In this document: in pieces, positions 1-6,206 of the stretch
Position numbering within the stretch: position 1 is the first letter of the stretch
Layout of the letters: every line of letters begins with the position of its first letter
Notes under the pieces: generated by a model
Databases searched by the model: none
What the model was told of the DNA's origin: nothing
Seen by the model: only the letters and a program-made list of their open reading frames with translations
Source of the DNA: a virus
Lineage: Duplodnaviria > Heunggongvirae > Uroviricota > Caudoviricetes
Virus record (IMG/VR): IMGVR_UViG_2778261462_000002
Span: 1-6,270 of that record
DNA: 6,270 bases
Strand: one strand, 5' to 3'
Made by a program: the position numbers and the translations under genes

Positions 1-251
1 GCTTTGTTGTAGGTGGACCAGTTGGTGATTCTGAACTTTTGCTTTGCCACGGAATGGTCTGTGTTGTCGGGAGGATACGTGATCTGATCCTTCAACTCAG
101 CAAAAGTTCGATTTATTCAACAAAGCCGCAGGCAGTAGAAGAATTTTATGATGCGTTTTCTCTGGAAAGCATGGAGCCAGGTAGCACCATCCGCATTGCT
201 ACAAAGGGCGACCTGGTAATCATGATGTATCGGAAAGAGGAAGCCAAATGA
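1..251 (+). CDS. Hypothetical protein, 5'-partial. The frame is open from the window start, so the real start may lie upstream; the first in-window start candidate is TTG at 39.
   Basis: Frame 3 has no stop from position 3 to the TGA at 249-251. Its stop overlaps the ATG of the next gene (ATGA), suggesting translational coupling. No recognisable motif. Confidence 0.35.
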   Translation, partial: FVVGGPVGDSELLLCHGMVCVVGRIRDLILQLSKSSIYSTKPQAVEEFYDAFSLESMEPGSTIRIATKGDLVIMMYRKEEAK

Positions 252-439
252 ATAAAGCCTCCCCAGTAGAGTTAAGAGTGAGCATCGAAATGGCGCATAG
301 CCTCGCTCAAATTGGAGTCAGGTTTGTACCAATTCCAGTAGAAACAGATGAAGAATTTCAAAGGTTAGCGGCATCGGCAGCACAAAAGCTGGAAATCATG
401 GCGGAGAAAGCAGAGAAAGCGGAAGGAGACGGACAGTGA
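248..439 (+). CDS. Small conserved prophage protein, 63 aa, which I recall as DUF1382-like from lambdoid prophage early regions.
   Basis: ATG at 248 preceded by GAGGAAG; 4-nt ATGA overlap with the upstream ORF; its TGA overlaps the GTG of the downstream gene (GTGA). The N-terminal sequence MNKASPVELRVSIEMAHSLAQIG resembles small lambdoid proteins from memory. Confidence 0.5.
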   Translation: MNKASPVELRVSIEMAHSLAQIGVRFVPIPVETDEEFQRLAASAAQKLEIMAEKAEKAEGDGQ

Positions 440-1299
440 GTGAAACTAACTATCAGGAGTTGCGTGAAGCGGCAGAGAAAGCAACGTGGGGAGACTGGGA
501 CTCATATAAACCACACCGTGGCGCACGTGGTTATGAGGTCCGACTAAGTAGTCAGGCCATTGCGCAACACGTTCTGAAAAACAACGCTGAATTTATTGCT
601 GCCTTTAATCCAAAGGTTGCTTTGGCACTACTGGATGAACGGGAAAGGAACCAGCAATACATCAAATCCCGCGACCAGGAGAACGAGGAAATTGCGCTAA
701 CGGTAGGGAAGCTGCGCGTTGAGCTGGAAGCAGCAAAAAAGCGCATAGCAGAACTGAAAGCCGAACCTGTAAGCCAAACTTACAAGTTGCCTCCCCTGTC
801 ATCCAACGAAGTAAACGACGCGGCATGGAAATTACACAACATGCTGACTGAACACGGCCCGCTAAATGGGCGTCAGTTCAACAATCTGAAAGGTTGCTTC
901 TATGAGGCATTAAAGGTCGCAATGCGCAACTATCCGGTTACTCCGGATAGTTCGGCGCAAGCACCAGGGAAGGGGGGCTTCCCCGGAGAGCGGATCCGAA
1001 TTAAGCCGCATGTTTACCGTGAACTGGTTAACCGCCTCCACGATACAGCGATCAAGTGTGCTGGCACCCAGCAATTACGGGAAAGAATTAGCCGCGTTTT
1101 GGGCGAAGTTATTACACCAGATCGTCATAAACAAGCCGAGAAAAGCGGCCTGGAAAGGAGTCATCTTGAGGCGGCATTAAACATTAAACCGGGGCATACG
1201 CTAGGTGTCATTGATGCCATGTTGGTCCATGAAATGGCAAGGGCTTTATTGCCGCTGGTGGCTGAAAAGCATGAGGCGGACCATGCCAACGAAAGCTGA
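436..1299 (+). CDS. ead/Ea22-like family protein, 287 aa.
   Basis: GTG start with AAGGAG about 9 nt upstream. N-terminal ELREAAEKATWGDW, then NPKVALALLDERE and a coiled-coil KRIAELKAEP, which is the typical N-terminal signature I recall for Ea22-like proteins; the C-terminal half is variable and unassigned. Confidence 0.65.
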   Translation: MSETNYQELREAAEKATWGDWDSYKPHRGARGYEVRLSSQAIAQHVLKNNAEFIAAFNPKVALALLDERERNQQYIKSRDQENEEIALTVGKLRVELEAAKKRIAELKAEPVSQTYKLPPLSSNEVNDAAWKLHNMLTEHGPLNGRQFNNLKGCFYEALKVAMRNYPVTPDSSAQAPGKGGFPGERIRIKPHVYRELVNRLHDTAIKCAGTQQLRERISRVLGEVITPDRHKQAEKSGLERSHLEAALNIKPGHTLGVIDAMLVHEMARALLPLVAEKHEADHANES

Positions 1300-1469
1300 G
1301 TTACAGGCGCGCATAGAGATTCTTGAAAAAGAGAATGCGAGTCTAACTCCTGGAGGTTTCTTGTGTCAGATCGAAATATAGCAGCTAAAAGCCAGGAAGA
1401 GCGAGACAAGGTGAACGTAGCGGCGTTGCTTACAAACCCCGCTTTCACAAACTATGCCTTTTCAATGTA

Positions 1470-1489
1470 TACTGTATGAATAAACAGTA
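1470..1489. promoter_or_regulatory. LexA (SOS) box TACTGTATGAATAAACAGTA upstream of humD.
   Basis: Perfect CTGT-N8-ACAG core with AT-rich spacer and TA flanks (consensus TACTGTATATATATACAGTA). It overlaps a TATACT -10-like hexamer at 1468-1473 and sits 19 bp upstream of the humD ATG. Confidence 0.75.
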
Positions 1490-1507
1490 TCATTGAGGTA
1501 AAACGCT

Positions 1508-1897
1508 ATGGGCTTCCCTTCTCCTGCGGCGGATTATGTTGAAAGCCGAATTTCTCTTGATCAGCAACTAATCAGGCATCCATCAGCAACCTACTTCATG
1601 CGGGCGGCAGACAGCCATCACCGTGAGGGAATATTGCAGGGTGCTTTGCTGGTGGTTGATTCCTCGCTTACTCCGGTTGATGGTTCGCTGCTTGTCTGCG
1701 CTATGGAGGGTGAATATCGCATAAAGAGATACCGAAAGTATCCGCGCCAGCACCTGGAGGATTTAAGCACCGGGAAGAAAGAGGCGTTACCAGTAGATGA
1801 CGATGGTTACACGGGGAGTAATGCTGTTTTTGGTGTGATCACTCATGTCATCAATGATGTCCGAAGTGGGGAATTTGATGATTGTCCAGTGATTTAA
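1508..1897 (+). CDS. humD: HumD-like UmuD' analogue (S24 peptidase, LexA-like C-terminal domain) lacking the cleavable N-terminal arm.
   Basis: GAGG 9 nt upstream of the ATG, and an in-frame TAA at 1499-1501 prevents any N-terminal extension. The protein starts MGFPSPAADYVE, matching UmuD from Gly25 onward (UmuD ...QCGFPSPAADYVE...). A Ser (AADSHH) and a Lys (RIKRYRK) are retained at dyad-equivalent positions; VFGVITHV matches UmuD VFGVVIHV. Confidence 0.85.
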   Translation: MGFPSPAADYVESRISLDQQLIRHPSATYFMRAADSHHREGILQGALLVVDSSLTPVDGSLLVCAMEGEYRIKRYRKYPRQHLEDLSTGKKEALPVDDDGYTGSNAVFGVITHVINDVRSGEFDDCPVI

Positions 1898-1940
1898 GCT
1901 GCAAAGTGCTGGTGCTTTATGCCTGTGAAGTTTACAATTG

Positions 1941-1960
1941 TGTGCACATAACGAGTACAC
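1941..1960. promoter_or_regulatory. Candidate Phd/Doc operator: perfect palindrome TGTGCACA (1941-1948) plus GTACAC half-site (1955-1960), just upstream of phd.
   Basis: Palindromic elements lie between a TTTACA -35-like hexamer (1931-1936) and the phd SD GAGG (1961-1964). Phd-family antitoxins autoregulate through palindromic operators. Confidence 0.4.
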
Positions 1961-1969
1961 GAGGTGTTT

Positions 1970-2191
1970 ATGCAATCCATTAACTTCCGTACCGCGCGTG
2001 GCAACCTTTCTGAAGTGCTCAACAATGTTGAGGCCGGGGAAGAGGTTGAAATCACCCGCAGAGGCCGTGAGCCAGCAGTAATTGTCAGCAAGGCTACTTT
2101 CGAAGCCTACAAAAAAGCGGCGCTGGATGCTGAATTTGCATCCCTGTTTGACACCCTGGACTCCACCAACAAGGAACTGGTTAACCGATAA
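1970..2191 (+). CDS. phd: Phd antitoxin (Phd/YefM family), 73 aa.
   Basis: ATG at 1970 with GAGG 5 nt upstream; the ORF-track GTG at 1964 is probably not the real start. [73 protein letters not shown] matches P1 Phd as I recall it. Its TAA overlaps the doc ATG (TAATG). Confidence 0.9.
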
Positions 2192-2571
2192 TGAGGCATA
2201 TATCACCGGAAGAACTGATAGCGCTTCATGATGCGAATATAAGCCGCTACGGCGGCCTGCCGGGAATGTCAGATCCGGGCAGGGCAGAGGCCATTATCGG
2301 GAGAGTCCAGGCCAGAGTTGTGTACGAAGAGATCACCGACCTTTTCGAAGTCTCCGCCACCTACCTGGTGGCTACGGCGAGAGGGCATATATTCAATGAT
2401 GCCAATAAGCGTACCGCGCTAAACAGTGCGCTGCTATTTCTACGCCGTAACGGTATACAGGTATATGATTCTCCCGTGCTGGTGGAACTTGCGGTGGGGG
2501 CCGCAACTGGTGAAATCCCCGTATCTTCAGTAGCGGAAAAACTACGTGAATTATTTGGTCCCAATATTTGA
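2191..2571 (+). CDS. doc: Doc toxin (Fic-fold kinase, death-on-curing), 126 aa.
   Basis: Fic/Doc motif HIFNDANKR (HxFx[DN][AG]NKR) is present; the N-terminus [22 protein letters not shown] matches P1 Doc from memory; translationally coupled to phd. Confidence 0.92.
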
Positions 2572-2574
2572 AAA

Positions 2575-2600
2575 GAAGCCCGCTCAACCAGGCGGGCTTC
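2575..2600. terminator. Hairpin terminator between convergent operons: 9-bp perfect stem GAAGCCCGC / GCGGGCTTC with 8-nt loop.
   Basis: On the minus strand the stem is followed directly by UUUUCAAAUAUU, a good intrinsic terminator for the dre operon. On the plus strand the U-tract is about 15 nt away, so it is weaker for doc. Confidence 0.6.
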
Positions 2601-2654
2601 CTACTATCACTCAATGATTTTTTCTGCTGTCAGCCAGCTAATTCGGTGATGTTT

Positions 2655-3455
2655 TTAGGCGTCAGCATCAGCATCTGCTTCCACATCAGCCACGGCTTCA
2701 TCGGACGGTTCTTCTTTGGCCTGCTCTGCAATCGCCGCACGGCATTTGGCCCTTGCTGTGGCGATTGCTTCAGCACGCACATCATCAGGAATCGTTGACG
2801 TGATATACATATCCAGTTCTTCGGCGCGGAACACTGTTTGGTCCAGATATTCGCGTAGCATCCAGGTAAATTCGAAATCACACGCGATAATCTCTGCGCT
2901 ACCTTCCGCACCATTAGGGAAGTGGATAAACGCTTGTTTGGCTAAACCAATAACACGACATGCAGTAGCATATACAGCAAGCAATAAATTTTCGTTTTCG
3001 CATGAAACGGGCTGGTTTACGCCAGTAATAATGCCATTAATGGCCCGGTCGAACGGCTTGTAGTTCGATATGCGCTCTACACGCCATATCCCCAAAAGAG
3101 AGCCATTACGGAATATGACAGGAGTAACAGCTAATTGAAGCTCACCGATCAGCCGCTGCGCAAATGAATAATTATCAAACAAGCCAATCGGCGGGCAATG
3201 ATATGTCTGCGCCAGTTTGATCAGTTCGTCCTGTGAATACTCTTTATCACGAACAGTGAAGAACATACGTTTGCCTGTCTCACCATTACGCCAGATAGCA
3301 ATCCCTTCCTCTAACAGAAGTTCTTCGTCAAAGCCAAAATAGGCCATAACAGTGCGTTCAATAGTGACTAATGGCAGTGACATATCTGGTTCGATTTCAA
3401 CAACCAGACCGTTACGCAGGCGGTATAAAATACGTTTTGCGTTTTCCGTGCTCAT
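2655..3455 (-). CDS. Hypothetical protein X, 266 aa, with a poly-acidic C-terminal tail (EEPSDEAVADVEADADADA).
   Basis: Start chosen at the ATG at 3455 (MSTENAKRILYRL), 13 nt after the dut stop with AAAGGA upstream. The longer 332-aa ORF-track version would overlap dut by about 200 nt and is rejected. No motif I can assign. Confidence 0.55.
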   Translation of the reverse strand: MSTENAKRILYRLRNGLVVEIEPDMSLPLVTIERTVMAYFGFDEELLLEEGIAIWRNGETGKRMFFTVRDKEYSQDELIKLAQTYHCPPIGLFDNYSFAQRLIGELQLAVTPVIFRNGSLLGIWRVERISNYKPFDRAINGIITGVNQPVSCENENLLLAVYATACRVIGLAKQAFIHFPNGAEGSAEIIACDFEFTWMLREYLDQTVFRAEELDMYITSTIPDDVRAEAIATARAKCRAAIAEQAKEEPSDEAVADVEADADADA

Positions 3456-3468
3456 ATCCTTTCTCTGC

Positions 3469-3963
3469 TTATAACTTTTCGTACTTAAGCTGTGAACGCT
3501 TAATTTCAAAGCGACCTTCCGATGTGCTACCAAAGCCACCAGCACCTCGTTCTGTTTCATCGAGTTCATCAACTTCGACCAGCGAGACTTGTTCCACACG
3601 CTCAAAAATGCCTTGCATGACAGCCATTCCAGGCTTGAGGCAAACGCCTTCACCGCCGGGATCAGTAATCAATTTTGCCATGATTTCACCGCGATAATCG
3701 GAGTCGATAATTCCTACGCAGTTAGCCAGGCGCGTATGTTTTTTGCAGCCCAATCCGGATCGCGGATAGAGTTTCAGACACCAGCCGGGCGGGATCTCCA
3801 TAGCCAGTCCGGTATACACCCACCAGCTTGAGGAAATTGCACCATTGCTATCGACGCATGGTGTTATTTCAACAGCCTCAAAATCCATTGCTGCCGATCC
3901 TGCGGTGGCATAGAACGGCAGTTTTGCACCAGGATGCAGGCGCTTCACTTTTACGTTAATCAT
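3469..3963 (-). CDS. dut: dUTP diphosphatase (trimeric dUTPase), 164 aa.
   Basis: Start at the ATG at 3963 (MINVKVKRLHPGAKLPFYATAGS). dUTPase motifs present: PRSGLG, GIIDSDYRGE, RGAGGFGSTS. The N-terminus aligns with E. coli Dut (..KEFPLPTYATSGSAGLDL..). The start overlaps the upstream gene's stop by 8 nt (ATGATTAA). Confidence 0.85.
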   Translation of the reverse strand: MINVKVKRLHPGAKLPFYATAGSAAMDFEAVEITPCVDSNGAISSSWWVYTGLAMEIPPGWCLKLYPRSGLGCKKHTRLANCVGIIDSDYRGEIMAKLITDPGGEGVCLKPGMAVMQGIFERVEQVSLVEVDELDETERGAGGFGSTSEGRFEIKRSQLKYEKL

Positions 3964-4447
3964 GCTTCTTTGCTCTTTTGGTGAAGGTGTAAATTCGACG
4001 TTTAATATGCGGGGCAGTCGGTACGGATACGTTTGTGGATTCGATAATGCCTTGCTCTTCAAGAGAGCGAACGGCACGCAGGAACTGAGACGCATCGCCG
4101 CCACCGGACAGCCAGAATTTACGGGCGTAAATGCTGCCGTTACGGATAATTTCAGCAACGACACGAGACTGGGTTTGTGTTTCACGATAGGCAAACAGTT
4201 GCCGGGCTTCTTCCGGCGTAATAGCCAGTTGATAGCCTTTCCCCTTATGGGCGCGAATAAAACCAAACGACACCAGGTGTTTTAGTTCCCTGCGCGTAGT
4301 CTCATAACCGTATTCCTGTATCTGGAGATTGAGATCGGCGGGCTTTAGCCATGCTTCCGGCGACTCAGTAAGAAGCGCCAGCAACTTACCGGATAGCTCA
4401 GGGGAGGAAGACGGGTAACAGTTAAGAGATGGGTAATAGTGTTTCAT
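3956..4447 (-). CDS. Hypothetical protein Y, 163 aa, possible tandem winged-helix DNA-binding protein.
   Basis: ATG at 4447 with AAGGGGG SD 6-7 nt upstream; 4-nt ATGA overlap with Z's stop. Segments ETTRRELKHLVSFGFIRAHKGKGYQLA and SQFLRAVRSLEEQGIIES look like wHTH recognition regions; this is a composition-level call only. Confidence 0.55.
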   Translation of the reverse strand: MKHYYPSLNCYPSSSPELSGKLLALLTESPEAWLKPADLNLQIQEYGYETTRRELKHLVSFGFIRAHKGKGYQLAITPEEARQLFAYRETQTQSRVVAEIIRNGSIYARKFWLSGGGDASQFLRAVRSLEEQGIIESTNVSVPTAPHIKRRIYTFTKRAKKHD

Positions 4448-4788
4448 TTGCGCCCCCTTACTGGATAATGAGAGCGGGCATCAACCGGAGCAATGAATCC
4501 GGTTGTAGGGCGGGAAAATACGAGATCAATCTTCTCGGTCATGGCGCGATAGTTTTCCTGATAGTGGGCCAGGAGTTTTTCAGCAGCAATGACGGTTACT
4601 CGCCGGACGTAGCTTTCAGCTTCGCCCAGGTTTGACCATTTCTTTTCGAGGGTAAGTACAGGTACGGTCTCAAGCCCTGTCATGATTCCGAACACCACGA
4701 CAGCCTCGCCGCGCTTAACGCCAGCAGCAAAGGTTACGGTGTAACCGTCAACCGTGAAACGCCTTGATTCCGTGATACGACTCTGCAA
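4444..4788 (-). CDS. Hypothetical protein Z, 114 aa, with a putative TTG start.
   Basis: The first start codon after the in-frame stop at 4816-4818 is TTG at 4788, with GGGGG 4 nt upstream. The first internal ATG is codon 36, so the start is uncertain. No recognisable motif. Confidence 0.45.
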   Translation of the reverse strand: MQSRITESRRFTVDGYTVTFAAGVKRGEAVVVFGIMTGLETVPVLTLEKKWSNLGEAESYVRRVTVIAAEKLLAHYQENYRAMTEKIDLVFSRPTTGFIAPVDARSHYPVRGRK

Positions 4789-4860
4789 AGTACCCCCAGA
4801 AAAAACAGGCGTACTTTACAGTAAAATGCAGTGTTAAAAAAGGGTGTTAGAAATTTAATC

Positions 4861-5889
4861 TCATGAATCCATGAGGCGGCTATTGGCACCTGCTGTCACA
4901 CCGCCACGACGAAGATAACGCATCAGTGTTTCGGGCTTCTTCCATGTACCTTCCTGCATAATTTCAACCAAAGACACCTGTTTTTCAGCCATATCTATGG
5001 CGGCACCAACACGCGCACTGTGGCCTGTCCACGTCCGGTAACGGCCTTTATTGGGGGTGGCATCACTCTTACCCAGCAGCGCCCAGGCGTCACTGAAAAT
5101 CTTCTCCATCGCGGGCGCGGTTAATGGCGTGGTGGTGATCCGCGCTTTGTTGCTCCGGTGTACTGGCGGGAAAAGTATCGCATCCGGGTGATCACGTAGT
5201 CCGGACGCGTCCAGCCAGTCATTGAGAACCGCAGTTGTCCGGCGGGAGAGCACCTTATCAAGTCCGGCGGCGGTCGTGATGGTTTTGGTGTGGGATACGT
5301 GAAGCGTTACAGTGTCACCAGTCTGTTCCAGATCGCGAACACGCACGCGGGACATTTCAGCCATACGCAACAGGGTATTGTAGGCCAGGAACAGAAAAGC
5401 CCGGTTGCGCAGATCCACCAGCCTGTCAGAGCGGGAGAGCAGCACGTCGAGCAGTTTCAGGTCATCCCAGCGCAGGGGCACTGCCTGGCCTGTGCGTTCG
5501 CCTTTTTCGGTTGCAGCTTCGCGCCGGATGCGCCGCATCGCCAGGGATACGCTTTTGTCATCAGAGAGTTGCGGCAGTCCGCATTGTGACAACAGCATAT
5601 TGAGCATGGCGTAATGCTTTTCAATGGTGGTTGAAGCCAGATCCGCATCATGCAGTTGAAGCAGGTATTCGCGGGCAGCTTCCGGGGAGATCGGAAACCA
5701 CGCAAGACCACGAGCGTGGCACCATCGCGCCCAGGAGTGAAAGACCAGGCGCAGATCGCGCAGTGTATTAGGTGAGTAAGCGCCCTGGTCATTAAGGAAC
5801 TGCATGAAATTTTTGGCGGCTTCCTGGTACTCAGCACCAATATCACGAAGAAACATGCCAGAATTACCGGAGATAATAAGTTTACTCAT
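4861..5889 (-). CDS. dre: Cre-family tyrosine site-specific recombinase, Dre-like, 342 aa, with the catalytic set intact.
   Basis: ATG at 5889 with AGGTGA SD. Aligns along its length with P1 Cre as I recall it: SVSLAMRRIRRE vs AVSLVMRRIRKE; DLRNRAFLFLAYNTLLRMAE vs DIRNLAFLGIAYNTLLRIAE; HTKT vs RTKT; WTGHSARVGAAIDMA vs WSGHSARVGAARDMA; and the C-terminal W...MRYLR carrying the Tyr nucleophile. A rox-like site lies 152 bp upstream. Confidence 0.88.
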   Translation of the reverse strand: MSKLIISGNSGMFLRDIGAEYQEAAKNFMQFLNDQGAYSPNTLRDLRLVFHSWARWCHARGLAWFPISPEAAREYLLQLHDADLASTTIEKHYAMLNMLLSQCGLPQLSDDKSVSLAMRRIRREAATEKGERTGQAVPLRWDDLKLLDVLLSRSDRLVDLRNRAFLFLAYNTLLRMAEMSRVRVRDLEQTGDTVTLHVSHTKTITTAAGLDKVLSRRTTAVLNDWLDASGLRDHPDAILFPPVHRSNKARITTTPLTAPAMEKIFSDAWALLGKSDATPNKGRYRTWTGHSARVGAAIDMAEKQVSLVEIMQEGTWKKPETLMRYLRRGGVTAGANSRLMDS

Positions 5890-6041
5890 GTAATCATTTC
5901 ACCTCTATAAATTGGTGTCGCTACGCGAAAAAACAAAAAATGACAGGCTAGTTATCCGTGAGAATTTAAAATTTAAGCCCTTGATTCGAACCATGACTTT
6001 TTGAGCCTGTCAATACTGATCGTTTGATCATTATTATATAC

Positions 6042-6073
6042 TAACTTTAAATAATGCCAATTATCTAAAGTTA
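6042..6073. other. rox-like recombination target: TAACTTTAAATAAT-GCCA-ATTATCTAAAGTTA (14-bp inverted arms, 4-bp asymmetric spacer).
   Basis: Arms match as inverted repeats at 13 of 14 positions (A vs G at arm position 9). The sequence differs from rox as I remember it (TAACTTTAAATAATGCCAATTATTTAAAGTTA) only at 6065, C for T. Flanking C6041/G6074 extend the palindrome. It sits upstream of the Cre-family gene, as loxP does for cre. Confidence 0.7.
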
Positions 6074-6143
6074 GAAGGGGAAAAATTTTTTTTTGATACA
6101 ACGGATCAAGTGAACAAAAAAGAAACCGTTTGATAAGCGGGAT

Positions 6144-6157
6144 GGCACTGTTGCAAA
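6144..6157 (+). repeat. IS26 left terminal inverted repeat, GGCACTGTTGCAAA.
   Basis: Exact 14-bp IS26/IS6-family terminal IR as I recall it, located 63 bp before the transposase ATG. Confidence 0.85.
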
Positions 6158-6206
6158 TAGTCGGTGGTGATAAACTTATCATCCCCTTTTGCTGATGGAG
6201 CTGCAC

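Noticed and set aside
1205-1377. Alternative-frame ORF overlapping the 3' end of the Ea22-like gene, with a coil-like tail (..AELQARIEILEKENASL..), as a possible frameshift remnant.
   Set aside because: It is short, its N-terminal part is nonsense-like (VSLMPCWSMKWQGLYCRWW), and Ea22-like proteins are naturally variable at the C-terminus. It cannot be supported without homologues.
1964-1969. GTG at 1964 as the phd start (MFMQ...).
   Set aside because: It overlaps the only SD (GAGG, 1961-1964). The ATG at 1970 gives the 73-aa Phd with correct SD spacing.
552-2914. Antisense or alternative-frame ORFs from the track lying inside confident genes: 552..746(-), 1161..1448(-), 1787..2206(-), 1894..2091(-), 2361..2564(-), 2393..2614(-), 2568..2798(+), 2630..2914(-).
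   Set aside because: Each is embedded in or antisense to the Ea22-like, humD, phd, doc or X genes. They have no SD and their composition is low-complexity, typical of shadow ORFs.
2655-3653. 332-aa version of gene X from the ORF track (start at 3653).
   Set aside because: The first 66 codons would overlap the 3' end of dut in another frame. The ATG at 3455 sits 13 nt after the dut stop with a purine-rich SD, so the short form is far more plausible.
3469-4266. 265-aa version of the dUTPase ORF (start at 4266).
   Set aside because: The N-terminal 101 residues are low-complexity, overlap gene Y, and do not align with any dUTPase. The conserved dUTPase N-terminus begins at the ATG at 3963.
4789-4860. 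Possible LexA box or terminator in the dre-Z intergenic region (CTGT-containing TACTGTAAAGTAC).
   Set aside because: There is no ACAG partner at the N8 spacing, and the repeats there (TAACAC twice) are direct, not inverted, so no hairpin forms. Probably just spacer with the SD for Z.
5890-6040. Precise -35/-10 promoter assignment for dre.
   Set aside because: The region is AT-rich with several equally poor hexamer combinations. I can see the SD (AGGTGA) but cannot pick a promoter with confidence from sequence alone.
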